The notes under the pieces are model-generated. The model ran no database searches, was not told the DNA's origin, and saw nothing but the letters and a program-made list of their open reading frames with translations. 64,000 nt of DNA from Mytilus trossulus (taxonomy: Eukaryota): contig NC_086385.1 in assembly GCF_036588685.1 (NCBI RefSeq), forward strand, positions 26,807,216 through 26,871,215, read 5' to 3'. Positions 38,012-50,132 of this stretch are shown piece after piece; within the stretch, counting starts at the first letter, position 1, and every line of letters begins with the position of its first letter. Both the position numbers and the translations under genes were made by a program.

Positions 38012-39358
38012 ATGGACCGATTGATAGCAATGGGCAGGAGGATGACTGACAGTTTAAAATTTGTCTTTTTTTTCACTATTTTGCTGTCTCAATTGCATTC
38101 AATCGCCACTGTAAGTAAACAAAAAGACACGAAACCAACTATGCAGTCTCAGGTACCTGTACAATATTTTACACCAGAATTTATGACACCTATATTTGAA
38201 GTGATGCGTCTTTATGGCGAAGCTGAAAGAGATAAGGTTAACAATAAGATAAAGAATCAAAACAAAAAAGCAAGGACATTTAGTCAATATCTTCTTATAA
38301 CTATTGTTTCCGATGAGGAAATCAACCAAGCCGATAATTGGGCAAATTCTTTTCCTTCGGAGTTTTCAGAAAAACGGAGGATTGTTTTTCTCTTAAACGA
38401 ACGTGACCACGGGAAAGAATATTACAATCCTGATCGAGAGCTACACGGGGAAATAATTGCTATTCACTTTGGCGAGATTGAAAGATTAATGGATGATTTT
38501 AAAAAAGACCCAAAGACAAAATATAAATATCCAATAATGTTACTGTATTCTCATTATATTCCATGTGCGCATGTGCCAAACTTAGGTTACTCGTGCTCCG
38601 AAGAGCTGATGCACTATGCTAGTGGAAGAATAAATGAATTTACAATGCTTGTAGCTTATACGACAGTTTTTAAGAATACTGACGAAGAGAGTTCGTTTAA
38701 TTTCATGAGGAACGGAGGAATAAATGCATTTATGTATATGGCTAATGGTCCATATTCTCATGAATTAAAAGTTTACTCGGCCAGCAGCATTGACGGTATA
38801 AAGAGAACATTCCAAGGTGAAGCATATGATTGCATATCTGAATTCCCACCATCAAAGTGTTGCACAGGTAACCAAAGAAATAAAGCTGCAATCACAACAT
38901 ATTTCATAAATTTTTTAACGTACGAGTGTATTTCGAAATCCAAATCAACTGGCTTGTTAACAGAATTGTCAGGAAATCAGTTAAGAATATGTCTTAAAAA
39001 AGAAATTGAAAAAAACATCGGAGACGACTGTATTCAGTGTAGTAGAAAAAACCCAGAATCACTTAGAGCTACAAGAGCGTTGTTTGAGTTTTGTTTCGAT
39101 CGTTCAATCGAAGTTGCCCAAAGTTTAGGCAAACCTCGTTATCATATTTACGACCCTGACTGGGAGCCGTGTACGAACTGTAACTGGAATGTAATATACA
39201 AGCCTCCTGGTCCAAAGGCCAACAAAAGCAAGTTGCCAAGAGTGATGTGTGCAAACAGTGCCTGTTCTATGGAGTCACTTTGTTCGTATTATGAACCGAA
39301 CAAATCGAGATATAGTAAACCTTTTAAGAAGTGGTATGAGAGGAACCCTAAACAATGA
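38012..39358 (+). CDS. Secreted AID/APOBEC-like protein B, 448 aa (438 aa if started at ATG 38042)
   Basis: Full-length paralog of 28314-29534. Signal-like MTDSLKFVFFFTILLSQLHSIA. HGE at 38444-38452; PC-x9-C at 38561-38596; 13-Cys C-terminal domain. Acceptor tgttctttacAG ends at 38009, so the ORF-track start at 37955 is intronic. Confidence 0.75.
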   Translation: MDRLIAMGRRMTDSLKFVFFFTILLSQLHSIATVSKQKDTKPTMQSQVPVQYFTPEFMTPIFEVMRLYGEAERDKVNNKIKNQNKKARTFSQYLLITIVSDEEINQADNWANSFPSEFSEKRRIVFLLNERDHGKEYYNPDRELHGEIIAIHFGEIERLMDDFKKDPKTKYKYPIMLLYSHYIPCAHVPNLGYSCSEELMHYASGRINEFTMLVAYTTVFKNTDEESSFNFMRNGGINAFMYMANGPYSHELKVYSASSIDGIKRTFQGEAYDCISEFPPSKCCTGNQRNKAAITTYFINFLTYECISKSKSTGLLTELSGNQLRICLKKEIEKNIGDDCIQCSRKNPESLRATRALFEFCFDRSIEVAQSLGKPRYHIYDPDWEPCTNCNWNVIYKPPGPKANKSKLPRVMCANSACSMESLCSYYEPNKSRYSKPFKKWYERNPKQ

Positions 39359-41079
39359 AATCGGGATCACGACTTACCCGAAAAATCCATTTGACTATAT
39401 ATTATGCATTGGATTCTCTAATTATATAATAATATTGTGTTTAAAATTGATTATGTGAAAATAAAAGTCAGGGTGAGAGACAATAGTGAGACTAGAAGGG
39501 AATTACAGTCAATGTTGAAATAGTGCTAATTGTGTATTTCTATGTACAAAAAAATCTTTGTAGTATAAAAGAAGCCCTTTATGTTATTCTGCATATATAT
39601 TTGGTGCTTAAAGAAAGCGAATTTTGTCTCCTTGATTGCTATAAAGAATGACAAATGAATAAATTCAAATGTATGTGTTTTGAGGTGAAATAATGGTTTT
39701 AACTCTTTCTTAATATAAATCATTATTGACTAGTTACACAAGTAGAATGTTGCTCAAGCTGGTACTAGAGGGTGTCTTAAACTTTTACCTTTATTATGCT
39801 AATTATTGAAGGCATGAATTCATGTTGACTGAAAGATGACGACGTAACAAAAAGGCATCATGTCATAGCTTTGATTGCCCGGTATTGTTTTTTTTATTTT
39901 GTTTAAATAATGTTTACTCAATACCCCTACCATTTCATTCTCATTAACATTTTTCATAGTTCTCAAAAACTGTTCATCTGTAACAAATGACTTTTAAAAA
40001 ATTCAAACATTTTTGGATTCAACGGCAGTAAGCAGAAGTACACAAAGAACAAAAACGTTCTAACAGAAACTACAGTATCTTAAAGTCTCTTGAAATGTCA
40101 GAAACATTTCATTATACCTATTTTCCCATTTATTCAATTGTTATAGTTAATTTAATGTTAGACTTATAAATCCAACCCCCTTGTCTATCAAAGCGACTGG
40201 GGTTCCACCATTGCACGTGAAATTGAGCAACAGCAATACATACTATTTTCGCAAAGTGAAGTTAACGCTAAACTATTAAAAAAATATTCAAAAGTAGAGC
40301 AATTTTACTATAGAAGGACATCTTAAAGGAAGTATAATAATGGGTGTTATTTGAGCTGGAAAAAAGTAATTGACTTAAAAGCAATCGAATTGTAACAATG
40401 TTTGATTTATTGGCCTTTAAATTCTTATTTTGTCAAAAGGAGGATAGTAGTTTGCTTAAAGGAGTAGGGATGATGACTTATCTAAAAATTCCATTGACTA
40501 AAATGTGATTTTAATTTATGCGATATTAAAAAAAATCCTGTTTAATTCATATAAAAAAATCTCAAATTGCGATTGTAATCCTGTTGCATATTTCGCAATA
40601 ATATAAACAACGCAATAAATGCGGAATTTTCAATATTATGCATTATATCCTCTCATGGGAATTATTTGAGCTGAACAAAGAATTTGTTATACAAACTATC
40701 GTACTATAAGTTTATAGCCTTTGATTTTTATGTTGTAAAAAAATACCTTTCCTTCTAGAGGGTAAAATTGTTGAAAACCCTCGAATATCTTATAAATACT
40801 AACATCTTCGATTCACACCCGAATAACAGAAAAATGAGATAAAATATTAAAAGTTTCATAGGACATATGAACATTATTTGTTCCTTGTTTCAACGGTCAT
40901 TGGTACTTAGGTCAAGCGTTGTTTTTAAATTCAAGATGACCGTTCATGTTTGTCACAAACACCTACATTCCTATTTGCAAATACGAATTTATTATAATAA
41001 ATTACCCGTATCTTTGGTTCCTTTACTGGACTGTAATACTTATGATAGCTTGAAATTAATATATGTTTTGATACATCTG

Positions 41080-41860
41080 GGCGTTATGTATTCGGGTTTA
41101 GTTTTCTGTAATTAGTTTTTACTTCAGTTTCATTATGTATATCTCTTTCATATTCATTTGTTAAAATTTACTGTTTGCAATAGTGTGAATTGTTTTATAT
41201 AATATGAATGTTCTTATCCTGGGCATACAAAAAATGCCGTATTTGGCAAAACCTTTTCAACTTTTGATCTTCAGTGCTGTACAATTTTGTATTTTTTTCG
41301 TCACTGGTGAGTCTCGTGTGGACAAGACGCGTTTTTGGCGTATTGAATTTTAAACCTGATGCTTTTTGTTATCTATTAATCATGCTTTTCTTTGTCTAAT
41401 ATGTTCTGCTTTTTATTTGTATTGTAGTCCTGTAATTTTTTGTTTTCATTTCAATGTTATATTTAACTGTGCCATTAAAGTGCGAGGTTTGGCATGCCTT
41501 AAAACCAGGTTCAACCCACCACTTTTATTCCCCTTTAAAAGTGTCCTGTACCAAGTCAGGAAGATGGCCATTGTTATAATATTGTTCGTTTCTGTTTTCT
41601 CTTATTTTTGAGATAAGACGTAGCACGGTACTTGTCTATCCCGTATTCATGTATTTGGTTTTGATGTTATATTTGTTATTCTCGTGGTGTATTGTCTGTT
41701 GCTTGGTCCGTTTCGGTGTGCTGTTGCGTTTCGGAATTGTGTCGTTGTTCTCCTCTTATTTTTAATGCGTTTCCCTCAGTTTTGGTTTGTTGCCCCGATT
41801 TTGTTTTTTGTCCATGGATTTATGAGTTTTGAACAGCGGTATACTACTGTTGCCTTTATT
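41080..41860 (+). mobile_element. Composite non-coding retroelement remnant (degenerate hammerhead at 41299-41341; its 3' part has an inverted copy at 33512-33765)
   Basis: cgtcactggtgagtctcgtgtggacaagacgcgtttttggcgt. The stretch 41610-41860 is the reverse complement of 33512-33765. Confidence 0.6.
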
Positions 41861-43607
41861 GATAGACATTAAAAAGATTATTACAACTGGGTTGTTGACA
41901 TTTACTTGTTATTTTTGATTGTGTTGTAAATACGTTGGTTTGAAATACAAAGAAATTGAGTGCGACTACCATACATTTGTTTAGAAAGTTAGGGATCCCC
42001 GTTTAATACACCATTTTCTACTACAGGAAATGCATAAATCTAGTCAGGAATATGACAGTTGCCATCCATTCGTTTGATGTCTCTTAACTTTAAAATTTTA
42101 TTTGAAAAAGGACTTTCCGTTTTGATTTTTTTTCGAGTTCGGTATCTTTATCATGTTACTTTTGTGTCATATTTATTCAACATTAAAATGAATAGAAAGT
42201 AAGATTGTGTAATATGAGACAACTATCCAAATTGGTCTCGTATGACATGCATGATCTATTTCTAATAAAATGTGATATTTTCCACTGGCCATTTAACACT
42301 AAACTTCACCAACATGAAATGTCTGCACTTTTTTTAACAAATCGATGTGTATGTTTACAAGGGGGCATTACAGCGAATGTCTGAATTATAAACACAGGTT
42401 ATGATTAAACTAAAACAGTAACAATTCAATGGCACTACTCATATATTCGGATTATTATCTGTTTTAAGTTGTGAATAACTGATGAGTCGTTTATAGAATA
42501 AACGCGCTTCTGACGTATAAAAAAATCAGGTATTTATAATATGTTTATTCAAAAATGCATGCCTCCTTTGTGGTTCTTGTTGCCAAATTAATTTTAAATC
42601 CAAAACATATAAAAAAATTGAAGAGATGCTGTAACAAGGAAAGACAGAAAAAAACTCCAAAGCTGAACAAGAAGTTAAAACTTTGATTGAGGGAGATATG
42701 TAAAGGACCATGGTTGAGGTCGGACGGGTTGGTGTACAAATTCTGTACTCTTGAATTCTTTTAGGTCAGTTTTCAAATTTTGTAATTGTTCTCTATCATT
42801 TGACTCATTATTCTCTTTTTTTTGTCAACTCCATTCAGATCATCATGTTTATGATTGAATGTGGAAATTGTTAATATGAATTCAGTGCTAGAACAAAAAT
42901 ACATATAGAGATCAACATAGTCACACTCATTTGATTGAAATAATTACGTCGAATGGGGAATTCTACTCTTCTTAAACACATTTTTTCTCTCAAGAAACAT
43001 TTGTTTAAATGGTTTGACAATGATCAAATATCAAGTTGAAAGACACCGCAAATATTCTACAGATGCTAGTTTTGTTAGTACAAAAAACAAGCTGTGCTGC
43101 ATGCTATATATTGGTTTGAAATATACTTCTGATAAAAATAACTTATCAGTGACGGTGATACCTGTTTAACAAACAAATCACTTACAAAAGGTCACTGACA
43201 ACTGAAAATGTCGAAAGGTTCTGTCAAACATGTATTCTAAAGATACTCAAAGAAGTGGTTTGATTGCCAATGAGACAACTCTCCATCCGAATAACTTTAT
43301 GTAAAAGCACACCATTATAGGTCAAAGTACGGTCTTCATCACTGAACCTGGTCTCACACCGAAAACAAACTATAACGGGTCCCAATTATTACTAACGTAA
43401 AACCATTCAAACAGAAAACAACACAAACTAACTATGGAACATCAGCTGTTGGCTAAGGACAGGTGCAAACAAACGCAGCGAGTTCAAACGTTTCAACAGT
43501 TACCAACCCTTACCCTTATCTCAGTTTAACATCACAACATAGGAAGAAACATGAAAAAAATATAAATTGAAATGGCTCAACTCAATATTAACACAAAACT
43601 AACATGT

Positions 43608-43917
43608 TTAACCCCACCACATTATTTATGTATGTGCCTGTCCCAAGTCAGGAGCCTGTAATTCAGTGGTTGTCGTTTGTTTATGTGTTACATATTTGGT
43701 TTTCGTTCATTTTTTTTACATAAATAAGGCCGTTAGTTTTCTCGTTTGAATTGTTTTACATGGTCTTATCGGGGCCTGTTATAGCTGACTATGCGGTATG
43801 GGCTTTGCTCATTGTTGAAGGCCGTATGGTGACCTATAGTTGTTAATGTTTGTGCCATTTTGGTTTTTAGTTGATAGTTGTCTCATTGGCAATCATACCA
43901 CATTTTCTTTTTTATAT
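43608..43917 (+). repeat. Longest copy of the same dispersed repeat
   Basis: tttaaccccaccac...cctgtcccaagtcaggagcct...gttgtctcattggcaatcataccacattttctttttta. Confidence 0.85.
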
Positions 43918-46900
43918 ACAATGAACGAATGATCAATGATACTATGTAGACGCAAAATCAATAAAATAAAATAAGGGGCGAATATAGGCAACAGTAGTAT
44001 ATCGCTGTGAGATATCCAAAAAGCTACAGCAACAACAATTACATTGAACCAAAAGATGCTAATAACAATAATTTACACAGGTAAAAATAAATATAAATTA
44101 ATGTAAGGCATATGGTTTCAAAAGAGAATTGAAATATTTTTATTACAAAATGAATAATATGTTGTTCATAATTAAGAAGAAGTGCACATGTATAGTAATA
44201 TCAAATACTTATCAAAACTGGTATATAGACGAGATATAATCATGAATAACCTTAACATTGAATAATAGAAAGCATTTCTGACATCTATTTTTAAAATAGC
44301 CAAACCAATTAATAATAAGAATTCATGCATCAGAGAATAAAATCAACCTAATTACATCTCAGGGATTTAATGTTTGAACGTCATGAACATTCAAATAGAT
44401 ATGGCATGGACTCTGGATTATTAAACGAAAAACAATATCATCAAAATAACAGTGGGTATTGTTGAATGTATCAACCAAATATAATTATGATTTGTTTTTA
44501 CTGAATTTGGTAAAATATAAGTTTCAAATAAATCATTATTTTATGAACAGAAAATGGCCGTATCAAGACATCTATATATGTCAAATCAACACAGAAGTTA
44601 GACTCTTCGGATGTGATACTCTAAAAAAAAAAACCATCGTTAAAGTATTAAACTGTATTATATCATTACAATATGTACAATGTATGACTTAAGAAAGATA
44701 AATCTTGGTTCAAAATTATCCGCATTACCTTAAAAAAATATACATGGACTTTGAAAGAAAAAAATGTGATGTGTCCGAAATACTGTTATGAATTTATTTT
44801 TATCAGCAACTAAAAAATATGAAGTTTATAGATGAATCAGATTTTGACAATTAATACAGCTATATATATATAAAATATCACTTTATAAATTAATGCGACT
44901 AAAGCACGTTAATTTATTGATCTCCATCAGTAAAAATGAAAGCAAACAATTGTTTTCCTTGTGATAGAGTATTCAAAGCTTAGGAAAAGCATTGTACAAA
45001 TAATGCCGGAAAGAAATGCCTGATCTTGAAAAATAAAGACCGACCTCTTAGATTTTTGACAATTAAAAATACTTATAGAAATATCTGCCAAATTGGTTAA
45101 CTTTCTATTTTTTTTTCAGTTGCCATTTTGTAGTAAAACCTTCACATAATGCATATACCAAAGATGAAACGAGATTCCAAAGCTTGTGTTTCTTATCATG
45201 ATTTCCTTGATCGTCTGTGGCTGTTTACAAAAAAAAAGCCATTGAACAACTCGTTCCGCGTGATTAAGTTGAATTAAACCTTTGATTTTTTATGGCACAT
45301 TAAGCATTTTGTTGAATAATTGTTATAAACCACAGACGACCATTGACTAGTTTTATTTGTCATTACCACAATCTGTTTCCCATTCGCTCGACTGTGCTAC
45401 AACCAAATGGTGTATTACCAATTTGATAAATATCACGAACAACCGGACTAGTACAACTAGCGGGATATGCTACCGAGACACATGAGAGATGAGCCCCAGT
45501 TTTTGATTGTGTTCGTATCGTCCACTTGTATTTTTGTTTAATGTAGTGTTTAATGTAGTGTTGTGAGATCTATTTGACTTTCCGCCTGGTTTAGTTATTT
45601 TCGCCATTTTTTTTCTTTTATTCTTTATTTTTAAATGTCCCTTAATATGTTGTCGACAATATTTTTTCTATTGTATATATTAATTGCAGACTAACACATA
45701 TCTAAACTTATCGATTCCTACCGACAGATCTGTAGAGACAGAGTTATCGGACTTATCATAATCGATGAAGCTGCTTATGAATCAACACATCTGAAAGTCA
45801 TTTTTGAAAAAAAAATAAACAATTACTTTAGATTCTTTGAGGCCCAGTCAGCGCTTGAAATTATAAGTACGTCCTTGAATATTTTAGTAGAGAATATATT
45901 GGTACACAGAAGTATAATCATATTTTGTTATTCAATAAAGGGACTTTCCGATTTGAATTTTTATTTGAGTTTAACATTTTTATTTTTGTACATTTTAGTT
46001 TCATTTATGTGCACATCACATATACTGGTATAATTTACACAGTGCTGAAGCATCAGATTTTTATAAGTTATTATAAAATAGAAGATGTGGTATGATTGCC
46101 AATGAGACATATTTATCATAAAGTGAATCTAACTTGATCTAAACATATTCACTTAGATATCAGATCATGGGGTTTTCCAAAGGAAAAACTAAACATGTAA
46201 GCCACCAACTCTTCCTTTTTCAACTTGACAAAAACAATCAAACTGTCATATTTGAAGTAGATGAAGTATATAACTTGACTTTGAACTACAAAATGAAAGC
46301 ATATTATAAAGTAATAAAATAAGATCATTTATAATAGGTTAATTGCATTCAACTTCATTTAGATTTTTAAATATATCGTAAAATATATGGCCTTCGATAA
46401 ATGAATCATACATAGAATATATCATATTTGATGGCTGAGTTCATTACACCGAGTATAAAAACATGTGTCCTGGTTCTGTTTTCATTGTATAGTCTTCATG
46501 ACTTGGTCAGTGTCTCATCTTTTACAAAAAGGTAAGACAGTACATCATTATACACTCAAAAAAGAACATTCAGAGAACAAAACCAACTATCCTCAAATAA
46601 GCAAGCGCGCCTTTGTATGAATGTTTGCTGTTCCTGATGAAGGCCGCTATTTTTAAATTTCATATGAGGAATGTCACCATAAATGGAACGTTAAATGAAA
46701 ATAGTCCATTTCAACTAAATTCAATTTGACAATTTACGGATAAGAATTACCGACCAAATAGAAATCCCATGCAGTTTACGTTTTGATCTAAAACAAAATC
46801 ATACACATTCAACCTCTTTCTTATTTTTTTTTTAGAATTAAGAATTAAAACACGTTTTTTTTGCCAAATATATGAGCATTCTGAAAATTATTTATCATAA

Positions 46901-48837
46901 AATAATGAAAAATATGGCTCTTTCCAATTGAAATTACATGAAATCTTAAACCAATTCCATTTTTATTGAGCGATCAAATTTCTCAGAATATTTACGTTTG
47001 ATATTTCAAAGTTATATATAACATGTAAAAAGCCTTTTATGATATCGCTTTAACAACTGTTTTTACACATGTGGAACAGGATCTGCATACTATTTCAGTC
47101 GGAGCATATGCTGTCTTTGGTTTCTAGATATGACATATATTAAAAGCTCAGGCTAAAATTATATTGTATTTCATTCTTTACATGGTGTCGAATATTCTTT
47201 TGAAATATGCATCTTTTTTTTACTAAGATTAGTACGCCAAACATAATGATATAGGTGGGCATAATGATAGACAATTCTGAATACAAAACACATGAAAGAG
47301 GTTACTCTTTAAAAATCAGCTTTAATAACATATTGTTGCTAAAGGGAAATCAAACTGCTATACGTCGATATAAGTAATTAATCTATATTGTGTAGTGTAA
47401 ATTTCAAAAATGAATTTCAGTAAGATTGAACATTTTTGTCTTCAAGTTCTAACTTCGTTTTTGAAATTTAAATGAACCAAATATATTTTAGTTAATGTGA
47501 TAGGTACTTTCTAAAGGCTTGGCGAAAAATATAATTTTAAGTACAAAAAATAATATCGCTTTATTAAGTATGCCATCAATGAATACTTGATATTTATTCC
47601 ATCTGGTATAAAGTATACCTTTAGAAAAAGAGTCGTTCAAATTCCAGAGAAAAATCAAAAGGGATTGCTTTTTTTGACTTTATGGGATGTAAAATGTTAT
47701 TACCACGTTCGGTCAAGGTGTAAACGTCAAATCCGTTGACTAGTTAAGAGAGAGTGTCACGCTTTTTGCACACAAGAGAACTATTGTAGCTTATAATAAA
47801 GAGGAAAATCTTTCAGAGTATAATTATTGTTTTAAGTGTAACTAGGCTTTTTGTCCAGACTTAGCATGTAAAGAGTTGCAATAAAAAACTATAAAAGAAG
47901 TATTTTTACAGATTATTTTCAAATAAGGAAAACAGAATAGCGTCAATCATCAAGCTTGAAATGTCAACACAATAAATATGTTCCATCTGCCAGCAAGGAT
48001 ACATTTTTACCCATGAAAAAAATGATATGCGCACTATTTAGAGACAATAAATATTGCATGCATTTCAATTCTTTTCCTGTTTTTTTATTCTCTCATTCAA
48101 CTGAATCTGCTGGAACTTCTTAATTATCCCTGTTCGTTGTAGTTAAATTTCATGAAAAAATGCATATCTTACATTATATTCATTTACTTATGTTCAGTTA
48201 TTGAATGTCTGTATATGCCAGTTATATGCCAGTTACATATAGATGTTTTTATATTTCAAATAATCGGCCAATCATTGTTGAAGTAAAGCTTATAATGTCA
48301 TGAAGCTTTGTTGCTTTTAAATACTTGATTTATTTGATTTACACTTAAAGAATAACACCACGAGTGCGATTAGGACAAACAATATTTTTCAAAAACTTGA
48401 TAACCTATATTTTGTTTCGTTTTATTTTCCATGTGAAACACTTAACCGTATATAATTTGAAGATGTCAACATATATAGGACGTTAAGTGAAAATAGTTCA
48501 CGTGAGCTATACTTATGATTTACGTATATGAATTACCGATGAAATATAAATTCCTAACAGCTCACATATTGATCTAATTAAAAATTCATACACATTTAAC
48601 TTTGTTTTTTTTTTTCTAAAATTAGAAATTAAATAAAAACCATATTTTGTAAAATCTATTCTGAATATTATTCATCATTAAACTTGCTTAAAATGAGAAA
48701 GATGGCAAGTCATATCACCTACAATAAAGGTTTACTATTTGAATAATATGACTAGCCTACACATGACGTAATGACTTATAATCATATGATGAGTTTTATC
48801 TATGCATAATTATAGGAAATTTTTTTTATGTCTCGGT

Positions 48838-48927
48838 TATTGTATAGAAAGGTATATACTATGAAAATTAGAGCGCGGGCTTTGCCCCAAGCTCTTATTT
48901 TCATAGTATATACCTTTCTATACAATA
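48838..48927. repeat. Long inverted repeat (31-bp perfect arms with a GC-rich apical stem)
   Basis: tattgtatagaaaggtatatactatgaaaat (48838-48868) / attttcatagtatatacctttctatacaata (48897-48927). Confidence 0.92.
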
Positions 48928-50132
48928 TCCAATTTAGCACATATTTACAACTTGAGTAATCCTGTAATTAGTGTATTGACATGTTTTGGCTGACTGGATG
49001 TAGCTCATTTACGTAGTTTTGTAAATCTACTCACTATAATATCATTGTAAAAAATGGGATTTCAAAAGGCCCTTGACTTTAGAATGTAAAGAAGGTAGCT
49101 GCTGGTGTAAGTAAGTTTATTGTGATAAAGCGTTGTTTTACTATACATGTACTTATTTACATGATAAGATGACAAAATGAATTCAAGAGCAGACAATTCT
49201 TTAATTGCAGGGAAAGCTTTACATTCTTGAAAACACTTTTTTTAATTTCACATAAAACCTAAAACTATCTTGAAAATGCTTTTGAATGAATACACACAGT
49301 TGGATCCCCCTCCCATAGCTTTGGTTGAAATGCCTTTTAAAAATGGCTGTATCTGCCCCTGGTATGTACCCATAGGTAGTCTAGTGGATAGTTTATATGA
49401 ATGAAATATTTGTCACTGGACATTAGGCCACCAATTATCGACCAATTTATGACTAGATATATCAAATTGCTTTATCAATAATTTCCCTTCAAAAGGTTCA
49501 TGGTTGACTCTTTGTGTGTATTAAGTAATTGCATGGAAGATAAAGGATTACAAATTTTAGATTGAGTTGTACTTTAATTAAGGTATAAAGCACCATAATT
49601 ATTACTCTTTATGTTATTGAAAGAAACTTTAAATTTGTTATTGTCAAAACAAAATTTAGAACAAAAGATTGATTAGTAGGATGTTTAAAATCTGTTTGAA
49701 AACTAATTACAAACTATTTAGTTAAATTTGGAACACAGAATTTATTTCAAAATAGCCATTAGCAATTTTTGTTCTAATATCTTGATTACAATACAATGAA
49801 ATCTTACTCTTGTCGGGCTTGTGGTTATTCATGCGTAGTTACTTAGTACACGGGAAAAAAGGCAAATTCAAGCAATTTGATTGGACGAGAAGTTGTAAGT
49901 ATGTGCTAATTCAAAGGTATGCAATTGTCGATTAAAGACACGTAAATATTAATGTATACAAACGTTATAAAATGAAAAAAAACACATTAAAAGGTTGTTT
50001 TTTTTTAGTTTCAATTTTAAGTTTTTCATAATTCTTTTTATATTTGATTCAAGCCAAGTCTAAGTTCACCCACTTGGAGTTAGTCATATTACTGCTTAAA
50101 GGTTTCGGTCACATTCTTTCATTTCTTTCAAA

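Noticed and set aside
45695-45900. Frame reading VIGLIIIDEAAY, resembling a Walker B motif
   Set aside because: An in-frame stop lies between the nearby acceptor and this frame, and no Walker A or other helicase motif is visible; probably chance.
46630-46660. cctgatgaagg as a further hammerhead (also ctgatga at 8907 and 23082)
   Set aside because: No properly spaced GAAA, helix III or NUH triplet follows.
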